Of a stretch of 59,185 bases of DNA, positions 18,930 to 29,099 are shown one piece after another; position 1 is the first letter of the stretch, and each line of letters begins with the position of its first letter. The DNA is from Pseudomonadota bacterium (GTDB taxonomy: Bacteria > Pseudomonadota > Gammaproteobacteria > Burkholderiales > Burkholderiaceae_C): NCBI GenBank assembly GCA_021804595.1, contig JAJZHH010000001.1, positions 1-59,185 of the forward strand, given 5' to 3'. The position numbers were made by a program, and so were the translations under genes. The notes under the pieces are model-generated. The model ran no database searches. It saw only the letters and a list, made by a program, of their open reading frames with translations, and was not told where the DNA came from.

Positions 18930-20056
18930 GCCTCTACATCTGGCAGCGGCCTGACTGGCCTCACTGGCGCTATGAGCTCTCGGCGCTGGCCGAGCCCATG
19001 TTGCAGGTCAGTCGCGCCCAGGGCCAGCTGCTGGGTCGGCTGGCGGACGTCGGCTTGGGTTCGCGCGGCGAAGCCCAGCTGGCGGCGCTGACCGACGATG
19101 TGCTCCAGACCAGCGCCATCGAGGGCGAGCACCTGGCCGTGGCGTCCGTGCGCTCGTCGATCGCGCGTCGCTTGGGCGTGGACATCGGGTCGCTCGCACC
19201 GGCCGACCGCCACGTCGAGGGCGTGGTGGAGATGACGCTGGACGCGACCACGCGTCATGCGGCCCCGCTCACGCCCGAACGGCTCCTGGCGTGGCAGGCG
19301 GCGCTGTTTCCGACGGGGTACTCAGGCCTCACCCCGATCACCACGGGCGCATGGCGAGATGATGTCCGTGGCCCGATGCAGGTGGTGTCTGGTCCGACCA
19401 CGCGTCAGCGGGTGCACTTCGAAGCGCCACTGGCACATCGGCTGAGATCCGAACTGAGCGTCTTCCTGCGCTGGCTGAATGACCCGACCCCCAGCGATCC
19501 GGCGCTGATCCGCGCCGGACTGGGGCATCTCTGGTTCGCGACGCTGCACCCTTTCGATGATGGGAACGGGCGCATCGCACGTGCCGTGGGTGACCTGCTG
19601 CTGGCCCGCGCCGACCGCAGCCCCCAGCGCTTCTACAGCCTGTCTGCGCAGATCCAGCGCGAGCGCAAAGCCTATTACGACATGCTCGAGCGCACGCAAA
19701 AGGGCTCGATGGATGTGACGGAATGGCTGCGCTGGTTCCTCGACATGCTCAGTCAGGCCCTGAGCCAGGCGCATGGCGTGCTCGATGCCGTGCTGCGCAA
19801 GGCGCGATTCTGGCAAGGACTGCAAGGTGCCACGCTGAACGAACGGCAGGTCAAGGTCTTGAACCGACTGCTGGATGGATTCGACGGCAAGCTCACCAGC
19901 AGCAAATGGGCTGCGCTGGCCAAGTGCTCTTCGGACACCGCGCTGCGGGACATCAACGACCTGGTCGAGCGGGGAATCTTGTTCAAGACTACCGCTGGCG
20001 GGCGCAGCACGAGCTATGAGCTGAAACCGCCCGGCTCTGCGCAGCGCGGTGCGTGA
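18914..20056 (+). CDS. Fic family protein (N-terminal DUF4172-like, C-terminal HTH)
   Basis: YIWQ..DWP.W, SAIEGE, Fic motif HPFDDGNGRIAR, C-terminal S.DTALRDI.DL. Confidence 0.93.
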   Translation: MNSGDCLYIWQRPDWPHWRYELSALAEPMLQVSRAQGQLLGRLADVGLGSRGEAQLAALTDDVLQTSAIEGEHLAVASVRSSIARRLGVDIGSLAPADRHVEGVVEMTLDATTRHAAPLTPERLLAWQAALFPTGYSGLTPITTGAWRDDVRGPMQVVSGPTTRQRVHFEAPLAHRLRSELSVFLRWLNDPTPSDPALIRAGLGHLWFATLHPFDDGNGRIARAVGDLLLARADRSPQRFYSLSAQIQRERKAYYDMLERTQKGSMDVTEWLRWFLDMLSQALSQAHGVLDAVLRKARFWQGLQGATLNERQVKVLNRLLDGFDGKLTSSKWAALAKCSSDTALRDINDLVERGILFKTTAGGRSTSYELKPPGSAQRGA

Positions 20057-20175
20057 CCCTGATCGCCGGGCTCGACGCCGGCGGCACGAGATGGTGCGCC
20101 TGCCGCCGCGTCGCACGCGTCGGCGCGTGCGGCCGTAGCATGGCGGATTGCCTTTTCGCTCCGCGTCGCGCATGA
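20053..20175 (+). pseudogene. Possible 5' remnant of a ROK/ASKHA sugar kinase
   Basis: GTG-start 40-aa ORF MTLIAGLDAGGTRWCA...; overlaps the fic stop (GTGA) and the rarD start (ATGA). Confidence 0.3.
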
Positions 20176-21044
20176 ACCCCGGAATCGCCTACGCCCTCGG
20201 CGCCTACACGCTGTGGGGCTTGTTCCCGCTGTATTTCAAGCTGCTTGAGCAAGTGCCGGCGCTGCAGATCCTCGCCCACCGCATGGTCTGGTCGCTGCTG
20301 CTGGTGTTGCTGATCCTGCTCGCGCTGCGCCGCTTCGCGTGGCTGACGCGGGTCGACCGCGGCGTCGTCGCGCGCTTCGCGCTCAGCGCGGCGCTGCTGA
20401 GCTGCAACTGGGGCACTTACATCTGGGCGGTGAACCACGACCACGTCGTCGAGGCCAGCCTGGGCTACTACATCAACCCGCTGCTCAACGTCGCGCTGGG
20501 CACGCTGCTGCTGCACGAACGGCTGCGCGCGCTGCAATGGGGCGCGGTCGCGGTGGCCTGCGTCGGCGTGCTGTGGATGACGATCGAACTCGGCCACGTG
20601 CCGTGGATCGCGCTGGTGCTGGCGCTGAGCTTCGGCGGCTACAGCCTGGCGCGCAAGACCGCGCCGCTGGGTTCGCTCGAAGGGCTGGCGCTGGAAACCG
20701 CGTTGCTGTTCCCGCTGGCGCTGCTCTACCTCGGCTGGTGCAGCATGCACGGCGACAACACCTTCGCCGCCGGCGACTGGTCGCAGCGCGCGCTGCTCGC
20801 CGCCGCCGGCCCGGTGACGACGGTGCCGCTGCTGCTGTTCGCCGCCGGCGCGCGCCGCATCCCGCTGTCGCTGCTCGGCGTGCTGCAGTACCTGACGCCG
20901 ACGCTGTTGCTCGCGCTCGGCGTCTGGCTGTACCACGAGCCGTTCAGCTCGACGCGCGCGACCGGCTTCGGCCTGGTCTGGACCGGCATCGCGCTGTACC
21001 TGGTCGACGGGCTGTGGCGCCGGCGCGGCGTGGCGCCGGCCTGA
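20172..21044 (+). CDS. rarD: EamA family transporter RarD
   Basis: AY.LWG.FPLYFK, ILAHR..WS, EASLGYYINPL, G.LQY..PT. Confidence 0.93.
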   Translation: MNPGIAYALGAYTLWGLFPLYFKLLEQVPALQILAHRMVWSLLLVLLILLALRRFAWLTRVDRGVVARFALSAALLSCNWGTYIWAVNHDHVVEASLGYYINPLLNVALGTLLLHERLRALQWGAVAVACVGVLWMTIELGHVPWIALVLALSFGGYSLARKTAPLGSLEGLALETALLFPLALLYLGWCSMHGDNTFAAGDWSQRALLAAAGPVTTVPLLLFAAGARRIPLSLLGVLQYLTPTLLLALGVWLYHEPFSSTRATGFGLVWTGIALYLVDGLWRRRGVAPA

Positions 21045-21063
21045 GCGTCGCCGAGCGGTGGCC

Positions 21064-21318
21064 TCAGCGGCAGCGCCAGGCAGCGACGGCCCAGGCCGCG
21101 GCGAGCACCGCGGCGTAGTCGAGCATCGCGCCGTCGCGCAGGGCGCCGCTGCCGACCAGCAGCAAGTGCACGAGCAGCGCGGCGCCGGCGCACCACGCCG
21201 CCACAGTGGCGGCACGGCCGGCGTGCAGCAGCCGCGGCGCGAGCGCGCCGAGCGCGCCGCCCAGCGCCAGCGGCATCAGCGCGGTGCCCAGCAGCCAGGC
21301 GAGAAACAGCGTCAGCAT
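21064..21318 (-). CDS. Small hypothetical membrane protein
   Basis: Three hydrophobic segments, DGAMLDY motif, fills the gap between rarD and hemA. Confidence 0.6.
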   Translation of the reverse strand: MLTLFLAWLLGTALMPLALGGALGALAPRLLHAGRAATVAAWCAGAALLVHLLLVGSGALRDGAMLDYAAVLAAAWAVAAWRCR

Positions 21319-21416
21319 GGACTGGAAATCCCGGGGAAATACCTCAACATCGAGATATGGATTGATCTATGTCAGGCGCCGCAACAACGGCGGCTCCGTA
21401 AAATCACGGCACTGCC

Positions 21417-22712
21417 ATGTTATTAGCTACTGTCGGCGTCAATCACCAAACCGCCCCGCTGGGGGTGCGCGAGCGTCTGGCCTTCTCGGCCGACGGGCTC
21501 AGGGACGGCCTGCGCACGCTGCGCGACGCGCTGCTGTCGCGCCACGACGGCGCGGTCGAGACCGCCATCCTGTCGACCTGCAACCGCACCGAGATCTACT
21601 GCGCCGCGGCCGACGATCCGCGCCAGGCGCTGGTCGACTGGCTGGCGCGCGAGCGCGACCTGCACGCCGGCGAGCTGCTCGAGCACAGCTACCGGCTGGT
21701 GCAGGACGGCACCGTGCGTCACGCCTTCCGCGTCGCCAGCGGGCTCGATTCGATGGTGCTGGGCGAGCCGCAGATCCTCGGCCAGATGAAGGACGCGGTG
21801 CGCGCAGCGGCCGAGACCGGCACGCTGGGCAGCACGCTGGGGCAGATGTTCCAGCGCACGTTCGCGGTGGCCAAGGAAGTGCGCTCGACGACCGAGATCG
21901 GCGCGCATTCGGTCAGCATGGCCGCGGCCAGCGTCAAACTGGCCGAAACCGTGTTCGAGAACCTGGCCGACTGCCGGGTGCTGTTCATCGGCGCCGGCGA
22001 AATGGTCGAGCTGGTCGCCACCCATTTCGCGTCGCGGCGCCCGCGCCACATCGCGATCGCCAACCGCACGCTCGAGCGCGGCGCGCGGCTGGCGCGCGAG
22101 TTCGGCGGCGAGGCGATGCGCCTGGCCGACATGCCGCAGCGCCTGGCCGAATTCGACGTCATCGTCAGCTCGACGGCGAGCACGCTGCCGATCGTCGGCC
22201 TCGGCGCCGCCGAACGCATGATCCGCCAGCGCCGGCACAAGCCCGTGGTGATGGTCGACCTGGCGGTGCCGCGCGACATCGAGCCCGAAGTCGGCGACCT
22301 GGCCGACGTCTACCTGTACACGGTCGACGACCTCACCGAACTCGTCCGCCACAACAGCGAGAAGCGGCTGGCCGCGGTCGAACAGGCCGAATCGATCATC
22401 GAGACCGGCGTACAGGGCTTCCTGCGCTGGATGGACAACCGCGAACAGGTGCCGCTGATCCTGCAACTGCAGGAACGCAGCCGCGAATGGCAGGGCGCCG
22501 AGATCGAGCGCGCGCGCCGCATGCTCGCGCGCGGCGAAGCGCCCGACGAGGTGCTCGACATGCTGGCGCGCAACCTGTCGCAGAAATTCCTGCACAATGC
22601 GTTCGCCGCGCTGCACCACGGCGATGCGGCGCACCGCGACCAGGTCACCCGGGCGGTGCGCGGCCTGTTCCTGACCCCGCACCGGGGCTGCGGCGGCGAC
22701 TCGAACGGCTAG
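21417..22712 (+). CDS. hemA: Glutamyl-tRNA reductase
   Basis: [44 protein letters not shown]. Confidence 0.98.
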   Translation: MLLATVGVNHQTAPLGVRERLAFSADGLRDGLRTLRDALLSRHDGAVETAILSTCNRTEIYCAAADDPRQALVDWLARERDLHAGELLEHSYRLVQDGTVRHAFRVASGLDSMVLGEPQILGQMKDAVRAAAETGTLGSTLGQMFQRTFAVAKEVRSTTEIGAHSVSMAAASVKLAETVFENLADCRVLFIGAGEMVELVATHFASRRPRHIAIANRTLERGARLAREFGGEAMRLADMPQRLAEFDVIVSSTASTLPIVGLGAAERMIRQRRHKPVVMVDLAVPRDIEPEVGDLADVYLYTVDDLTELVRHNSEKRLAAVEQAESIIETGVQGFLRWMDNREQVPLILQLQERSREWQGAEIERARRMLARGEAPDEVLDMLARNLSQKFLHNAFAALHHGDAAHRDQVTRAVRGLFLTPHRGCGGDSNG

Positions 22713-22788
22713 CGTCGCCCCGGCGACACCGGCCGCCCCCAGCCTGCTTCTGCACGCGGCGCGCGAGCGCCGCGCCTGGCCTTCACCG

Positions 22789-23856
22789 ATGAGCCCCACG
22801 CTGCGCGACAAGCTCGACGCCCTGCTGCGTCGTCTGGACGAAATCGACGCCCTGCTCGCCAGCGCCGACCCGGCGCGCCTGCGCGAGCTCGGCAGCGAGC
22901 GCGCCGAGATCGCGCCGGTGGCGCAGCTGTACACCGAGCTGCGCGCGGCCGAGCGCGCGCAGGAGGAAGCGCGCGCGCTGCTCGCCGACGCCGAACTGCG
23001 CGCACTGGCGCAGGACGAGCTGGCCGCGTCGACCGCGCGCGCCGCCGCGCTCGACGCCGAGCTGCAGCGCGCGCTGCTGCCGCGCGACCCCGACGACCGC
23101 CGCGCCGCCTTCGTCGAAGTGCGCGCCGGCACCGGCGGCGAGGAATCGGCGCTGTTCGCCTCCGAGCTGCTGCGCATGTACACGCGCTACGCCGAAGCGC
23201 GCGGCTGGCGCTGCGAAATGCTCGGCCACACCGCCAGCGACCTCGGCGGCGTGCGCGAAGCGATCGTGCGCATCAGCGGCGACGGCGTCTACGGCCGGCT
23301 CAAGTTCGAATCGGGCGGCCACCGCGTGCAGCGCGTGCCGGCCACCGAAGCGCAGGGGCGCATCCACACCAGCGCCGCGACCGTCGCGGTGCTGCCCGAA
23401 CCCGACGCGCAGGCCGCGGTCGAGCTGAACCCGACCGAACTGCGCATCGACACCTTCCGCGCCTCGGGCGCCGGCGGCCAGCACATCAACAAGACCGACA
23501 GCGCGGTGCGCGTGACCCACCTGCCGACCGGGCTGGTGGTCGAGTGCCAGGACGACCGCTCGCAGCACCGCAACAAGGCGCGCGCGCTCGAAGTGCTGGC
23601 CGCGCGCCTGCAGCAGCGCCAGCGCCAGCAGGCGCACGAGCGCGAAGCGGCGCAGCGCCGCAGCCTGGTCGGCAGCGGCGACCGCTCGGACCGCATCCGC
23701 ACCTACAACGTGCCGCAGGGCCGCGTCACCGACCACCGCATCAACCTGACGCTGCACCGCATCGACGCGATTCTCGGCGGCGACCTCGACGAACTGCTCG
23801 ACGCGCTGCACGCCGAGCACCAGGCCGAGCAGCTCGCCGCGCTGGGGCAGGCGTGA
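22789..23856 (+). CDS. prfA: Peptide chain release factor 1
   Basis: [10 protein letters not shown] (PxT), GAGGQH, RIRTYN; hemA-prfA-prmC order. Confidence 0.98.
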   Translation: MSPTLRDKLDALLRRLDEIDALLASADPARLRELGSERAEIAPVAQLYTELRAAERAQEEARALLADAELRALAQDELAASTARAAALDAELQRALLPRDPDDRRAAFVEVRAGTGGEESALFASELLRMYTRYAEARGWRCEMLGHTASDLGGVREAIVRISGDGVYGRLKFESGGHRVQRVPATEAQGRIHTSAATVAVLPEPDAQAAVELNPTELRIDTFRASGAGGQHINKTDSAVRVTHLPTGLVVECQDDRSQHRNKARALEVLAARLQQRQRQQAHEREAAQRRSLVGSGDRSDRIRTYNVPQGRVTDHRINLTLHRIDAILGGDLDELLDALHAEHQAEQLAALGQA

Positions 23857-24755
23857 GCGACGCGCCGCGCGCCGCCGGCGCGACGACGGTCGGCGACTGG
23901 CTGCGCGGCTGTGCGCTGGCCCGCGTCGACGCGCTGGCGCTGCTGCGCGAGCTCGCCGGCGTCGGCCACGCCGCGGTGATCGCGCGCCCCGAGCGCGAGC
24001 TCGACGCCGCGACGCGCCGGCGGCTCGACGCGGCCGCGGCGCGGCTGCGCGCGGGCGAGCCGCTGGCCTACGTCGTCGGCTGGCGCGAGTTCCACGGCCT
24101 GCGCTTCCAGGTCGGCCCCGACGTGCTGGTGCCGCGACCCGAGACCGAGCTGCTGGTCGAGTTCGCGCTGGACCACGCCGGCGCCGGCGCGACGCTGCTC
24201 GACCTCGGCACCGGCAGCGGCGCGATCGCGGTGACGCTGGCGCACGAACTGGGCGACGCCGACGTGTGGGCGGTCGACGCCAGCGCCGCCGCGCTCGACG
24301 TCGCGCGCGCCAACGCCGCAGCCTTGCTGCCGGCCGGGCGCGAGCTGCGGCTGCTGCGCGGCGACTGGTACGCGGCGCTGCCGGCGGACGCGCCGCGCTT
24401 CGACCTGATCGTGTCGAATCCGCCTTACGTCGCTGCCGGCGACCCGCACTTGCCGGCGCTGCGCTTCGAGCCGCAACTCGCGCTGGTCGGTGCGCAGCTC
24501 GACTCCGACGGCCTCGCCGACCTGCGCCGCATCGTGCGCGGCGCGCCGCGGCACTTGCGCGCCGGCGGCTGGCTGGCGCTCGAGCACGGCCACGACCAGG
24601 CGCACGCGGTGCGCGCGCTGCTCGCCGCCGCTGGCCTGTGCGAGGTGCACAGCCTGCACGACCTGGCCGGAATCGAGCGCGTCAGCGCCGGCCGCCTGCC
24701 GCCGGACATGACCCCGCGCGACACTGCGGAAAACGGTATTTCCCCAGCCGATTAA
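23853..24755 (+). CDS. prmC: Release factor glutamine methyltransferase
   Basis: [30 protein letters not shown]; GTG overlaps the prfA stop. Confidence 0.95.
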   Translation: MSDAPRAAGATTVGDWLRGCALARVDALALLRELAGVGHAAVIARPERELDAATRRRLDAAAARLRAGEPLAYVVGWREFHGLRFQVGPDVLVPRPETELLVEFALDHAGAGATLLDLGTGSGAIAVTLAHELGDADVWAVDASAAALDVARANAAALLPAGRELRLLRGDWYAALPADAPRFDLIVSNPPYVAAGDPHLPALRFEPQLALVGAQLDSDGLADLRRIVRGAPRHLRAGGWLALEHGHDQAHAVRALLAAAGLCEVHSLHDLAGIERVSAGRLPPDMTPRDTAENGISPAD

Positions 24756-24805
24756 AATGGGCGATGCGGCATGTGCCGCGTATTCCGAGCATTGCCGAGG
24801 CCTCC

Positions 24806-25120
24806 ATGTCCGACGTCCAACAACGCATCGACCAGCTGGTCAAGTCCAACCCCGTCGTGCTGTTCATGAAAGGTACGCCGCAGTTCCCGCAATGCGGCTT
24901 TTCCGGGCGCGCGGCGCAGATCCTGAAGGCCTGCGGCGTGGACCAGTACGCCAGCGTCAACGTGCTGGCCGATGAGGAAATCCGCCAGGGCATCAAGGAA
25001 TACGCGAACTGGCCGACGATTCCGCAGCTTTACGTTCGCGGCGAGTTCGTCGGCGGCTCCGACATCATGAGGGAAATGTACGAAAGCGGCGAACTCGCCG
25101 AGCTGCTGCGCCAGGGCTGA
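24806..25120 (+). CDS. grxD: Monothiol glutaredoxin Grx4
   Basis: [26 protein letters not shown]. Confidence 0.97.
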   Translation: MSDVQQRIDQLVKSNPVVLFMKGTPQFPQCGFSGRAAQILKACGVDQYASVNVLADEEIRQGIKEYANWPTIPQLYVRGEFVGGSDIMREMYESGELAELLRQG

Positions 25121-25127
25121 ATCGCGC

Positions 25128-25694
25128 ATGCGGCTGACCGTCGGCATCACCGGCGCCACCGGCGCCGTCTACGGCGTGCGCCTGCTGCAGCTGCTGCGCA
25201 GCCTCGACGTGCGCACCGACCTCGTCGTCAGCGCCGCCGGCTGGCTGAGCATCAAGGCCGAACTCGACCTCGAGCGCCGCGCGGTCGAGGCGCTGGCCGA
25301 TCGCACGCACCCGATCGGCGACGTCGCCGCGAGCATCGCCAGCGGCTCCTTCGCCAGCGACGGCATGATCGTCGCGCCGTGCTCGATGAACACGCTGGGC
25401 GCGATCGCGCACGCGCTGTCGGACAACCTGCTGACGCGCGCCGCCGACGTGTGCCTGAAGGAGCGCCGCAAGCTGGTGCTGATGGTGCGCGAAACGCCGC
25501 TGAACCTGGCGCATCTGCGCAACATGACTGCGGTGACCGAAATGGGCGGCATCGTGTTCCCGCCGCTGCCGGCGTTCTACCTGCGCCCGCAAAGCGTCGA
25601 GCAGATGGTCGACCACACGCTGGCGCGGGTGCTCGACCAGTTCGGCATCGACCACCAGCTGGCGCCGCCGTGGACCGGCTGGCCGCAGCGCTGA
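25128..25694 (+). CDS. ubiX: Flavin prenyltransferase
   Basis: GITGATG, ASIASGS, APCSMNTL, RAADVCLKERR, RETPL. Confidence 0.96.
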   Translation: MRLTVGITGATGAVYGVRLLQLLRSLDVRTDLVVSAAGWLSIKAELDLERRAVEALADRTHPIGDVAASIASGSFASDGMIVAPCSMNTLGAIAHALSDNLLTRAADVCLKERRKLVLMVRETPLNLAHLRNMTAVTEMGGIVFPPLPAFYLRPQSVEQMVDHTLARVLDQFGIDHQLAPPWTGWPQR

Positions 25695-25716
25695 ACCGCG
25701 CCGCGGCACCCCGGCC

Positions 25717-27123
25717 TCAGTCGCGCATCCACTCCTCGATCGCCTCGATGCTCTTCGGCGCGTCGGCGGTGAGCACTTCGCAGCCGTCGGGCTGCACGAC
25801 GACGTCGTCCTCGATGCGGATGCCGATGTCGTGGAACGCGGCCGGCACGTCGTCGGCCGCGCGCACGTAGATACCCGGCTCGATGGTCAGCGCCATGCCC
25901 GCGCGCAGCACGCGCGACGGCACGCGGCGGCTGCCGTCGGGCTGCTCTGCCACCGCTTCGCCGGGCTCGCCGTAGTCGCCGCAGTCGTGCACGTCCATGC
26001 CGATCCAGTGGCTGGTGCGGTGCATGTAGAAGCGGCGGTAGGCGCCGCTGGCCAGCACGGCGTCGACGTCGGGGGCGACGTCGCGCGCGATCAGCCCGGT
26101 GTCGAGCATGCCCTGCGCGAGCACGCGCAGCGCGGCCTGGTGCGGATCGTCGAAGCGCGCGCCGGGGCGGACCGCGCGCAACGCGGCCTGCTGCGACTCG
26201 AGCACGATAGCGTACAGCTCGCGCTGCGCGCCGCTGAACACGCCGTCGACCGGAAACGTGCGCGTGATGTCGCTGGCGTAGCCGTCGAGTTCGCAGGCGG
26301 CGTCGATCAGGCACAGCTCGCCGGCGCGCAGCGGCGCGTCGCCGGCGCGGTAATGCAGGATGCAGGCGTTGGCGCCGCCGGCGACGATGCTGCCGTAGGC
26401 CGGCGCCTGCGCGCCGCCGTGGCGGAAGGCCCACAGCAGCTCGGCCTCGAGGTGGTATTCGCGCAGCCCCGCGGCCGGCGGCGCCGTGCGCGCGGCGGCC
26501 GCCGCGCGCATCGCGCGCCGGTGCGCGTCGGCCGAGATCAGCGCCGCGCGGCGCATCGTGTCGAGCTCGACCTCGTCCTTGAACAGGCGCATCTCGTCGA
26601 GCACCGCGCACAGGTCGTACTGCAGCGCCGGGCAGCGGCGGCCGCTGCGCGCCTGCGCGCGCACCGCGGCCAGCCACTGCTGCACGCGGGTCTCGAAGCC
26701 GGGCTGCAGCGCGAACGGCCACCACAGCGACGGCGCGTCGGCGAGCAGCTCGGGCAGTGCGGCGTCGGCCTGCTCGATCGGCAGCGCGGCGTCGAAGCCG
26801 AAGCGCTCGCGGGCGCCGTCGGGGCCAAAGCGCACGCCGTCCCAGATCTCGCGCTCGGCGTCGCGCGGCCGGCACAGCAGCGTCGCGTGGTGGCTGCCGT
26901 CGGCACGCACCGCCAGCACCAGCATGCTCTGCGGCTCGGTGAATCCGGTCAGGTAGTAGAAATAGCTGTCGTGCCGGTACGGGTAGTCGGCGTCGCGGTT
27001 GCGCATCAGCTCGGGCGCGGTGGCCAGCACCGCGACGCCGCCGCCGGCCTGCGCGATGCGCGCGGCGAGCTCGGCGCGGCGTTGCGCGCAGCGTTGCAAC
27101 AGGCGGGGATCGGGGTCGGACAT
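25717..27123 (-). CDS. pepP: Xaa-Pro aminopeptidase
   Basis: YPYRHDSYFYYLTGF, CILHY, IDA.CE..GYASDITRTFP, HWIGMDVHD, TIEPG, GIRIEDD. Confidence 0.95.
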   Translation of the reverse strand: MSDPDPRLLQRCAQRRAELAARIAQAGGGVAVLATAPELMRNRDADYPYRHDSYFYYLTGFTEPQSMLVLAVRADGSHHATLLCRPRDAEREIWDGVRFGPDGARERFGFDAALPIEQADAALPELLADAPSLWWPFALQPGFETRVQQWLAAVRAQARSGRRCPALQYDLCAVLDEMRLFKDEVELDTMRRAALISADAHRRAMRAAAAARTAPPAAGLREYHLEAELLWAFRHGGAQAPAYGSIVAGGANACILHYRAGDAPLRAGELCLIDAACELDGYASDITRTFPVDGVFSGAQRELYAIVLESQQAALRAVRPGARFDDPHQAALRVLAQGMLDTGLIARDVAPDVDAVLASGAYRRFYMHRTSHWIGMDVHDCGDYGEPGEAVAEQPDGSRRVPSRVLRAGMALTIEPGIYVRAADDVPAAFHDIGIRIEDDVVVQPDGCEVLTADAPKSIEAIEEWMRD

Positions 27124-27161
27124 CGCACTCTCCTGGCAATCGCTCACTTTAGCGCGCCGCC

Positions 27162-27881
27162 TCAGGCCGCGCCGGGCGCGGGGGCAGCGCCGCGCAGCGC
27201 CGCATCGAGCGCGGCGAGCTCGCGCGGCGTGCCGACGTTGTGCCAGGCGCCGCGGTAGTGCTCGCCGCTGACGCGCCCGGCGTCGACTTCGGCGTACAGC
27301 CACGGAAACAGCCGCCACGCGCAGTGCGCGGGCTGCGCCTCGAACAGCGCCGCACGGAACACCGCGATGTTGCCGTAGTTCAGCAGCGTGCCGTCGCGGC
27401 GTACGCGGCCGCCGGCGTCCAGCGCCATGTCGCCGCGCGGGTGGTGCGGCGGGTTGTCGGTCAGCACGAAATGCGCGCTGGTGCCGGGATCATCGGCGAT
27501 GCGCGCCGCCGCATCGTGCAGCCGCGCGTAGTCGTAATCGGTATGGATGTCGCCGCTGAGCACCGCGAACGGCGTGTCGTGCGCGTCGCGCAGCAGCGGC
27601 AGCGCACTGGCCACCGCGCCGCCGGTTTCCCACGCGGTGGGCGGCTCGGGCGAGTAGACGATGCGCACGCCGAGCGCGGCGCCGTCGCCCAGGCGCTGCA
27701 CGATGCGCTGGCCGTGCCAGCCCAGGTTGATCACCAGCTCCTTGACGCCGGCGTCGCGCAGACGCTCGATCTGCCACAGCAGCAAGGGTTTGCCGCCGAC
27801 TTCGAGCAGCGGCTTCGGGCAGTTGTCGGACAGCGGGCTCATGCGCTGACCACGGCCGGCGGCGAGGACCAGGGCACGCAT
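27162..27881 (-). CDS. murU: MurNAc-alpha-1-phosphate uridylyltransferase
   Basis: LAAGRG.RM.PL...PKPLL, ETGG; downstream of amgK. Confidence 0.88.
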   Translation of the reverse strand: MRALVLAAGRGQRMSPLSDNCPKPLLEVGGKPLLLWQIERLRDAGVKELVINLGWHGQRIVQRLGDGAALGVRIVYSPEPPTAWETGGAVASALPLLRDAHDTPFAVLSGDIHTDYDYARLHDAAARIADDPGTSAHFVLTDNPPHHPRGDMALDAGGRVRRDGTLLNYGNIAVFRAALFEAQPAHCAWRLFPWLYAEVDAGRVSGEHYRGAWHNVGTPRELAALDAALRGAAPAPGAA

Positions 27882-27892
27882 CCCGCCTCCGC

Positions 27893-28957
27893 TCAGAAGG
27901 TGTACGCGGCCTGCGCGCGCACGCCTTGCAGGCGGTCGAGCAGGCGCGCCAGCGGCGTCAGCGCGGCGTAGCGCGCCGCGGTGGCGCGCGCGTAGGCCCA
28001 GACCCGAGGCATATCGGTCAGGTACTGGTCCTTGCCGTCGCGGTGGTGCAGGCGCGCGAAAATGCCCAGCACCTTGAGCTGGCGCTGCAGCCCCATCCAC
28101 TCGAAGTCGCGGTAGAAATCGGCGAAATCGGCCGCCACCGGCAGCGCCGCGGCGCGCGCGGCCTCCCAGTAGCGCACCGCCCAGTCGAGTTGCTGCTCCT
28201 CGGGCCAGTCGATGTAGGCGTCGCGCAGCATCGAGACGAGGTCGTAGCTCAGCGGCCCGTTCACCGCGTCCTGGAAGTCGAGCACGCCGACGTCGTCGTC
28301 GCCCTGCACCATCAGGTTGCGGCTGTGCCAGTCGCGGTGCACCAGCACCGTCGGCTGCGCCAGGTTGTTCGCGACCAGCGCGTCGAAGCCGCGCTGCAAC
28401 ACCTCGCGCTCGCCGGCATCGAGCTCGACGCCGAGGTGGCGCGCGACGTACCACTGCGGAAACAGCTCGAGCTCACGCCGCAACGCGGCGTCGTCGTAAC
28501 GCGGCAGTGACGTCGCATCGATGCGCTGCAGCCGCACCAGCGCGGCGCCGGCGCGGCGCATCAGCGCATCGGCCCCGCGCGTGTCGCCGGTCGCGCGCGC
28601 CGCGCTCAGCGCGCTCAGGTAAGTGACGTCGCCAAAATCGGCCAGCAGCACGAAACCCTGCGCGGCATCGGCGGCGTAGATCTCGGGCGCACGCATGCCG
28701 CCGGCGCGCAGCAGCGCGCACACGCGCAGGAAGGGCGCGACGTCCTCCTTGTCGGGCGGCGCGTCCATCACGATGCAGCTCGCCGGGTGCTGCGCGTCGA
28801 CGCGGAAATAGCGCCGGAAACTGGCGTCGCCCGAAACCGCACGCACGCTCGCGGCGTCGGCGACGATGCCGCCCGGCGCTGCCCCCAGCCACGCGCGCAG
28901 CGCGTTCAGGCGAGCGTCGACGGCGCGCTCGGGCGCTGGACGGGCTTGGGCTGACAT
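27893..28957 (-). CDS. amgK: Anomeric MurNAc/GlcNAc kinase (APH family)
   Basis: GDASFRRYFR, MDAPP, HRDWHSRNLM, LDFQDA..GP..YDLVS, QRQLKVLGIFARL; divergent from lptD. Confidence 0.9.
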   Translation of the reverse strand: MSAQARPAPERAVDARLNALRAWLGAAPGGIVADAASVRAVSGDASFRRYFRVDAQHPASCIVMDAPPDKEDVAPFLRVCALLRAGGMRAPEIYAADAAQGFVLLADFGDVTYLSALSAARATGDTRGADALMRRAGAALVRLQRIDATSLPRYDDAALRRELELFPQWYVARHLGVELDAGEREVLQRGFDALVANNLAQPTVLVHRDWHSRNLMVQGDDDVGVLDFQDAVNGPLSYDLVSMLRDAYIDWPEEQQLDWAVRYWEAARAAALPVAADFADFYRDFEWMGLQRQLKVLGIFARLHHRDGKDQYLTDMPRVWAYARATAARYAALTPLARLLDRLQGVRAQAAYTF

Positions 28958-29099
28958 CGGACCTCCCTGGCGCGCTGGCCGCGCTTCCTATAATCGCTTG
29001 GCATTCTAGGCTGTCACACCCCGATCGGGCTGCGGCCGACGCGGGCCCGGGCCCCGTCCATTTCTCCGTTCACGCTGGGCCGCTTACCCCCTTTCGCCG

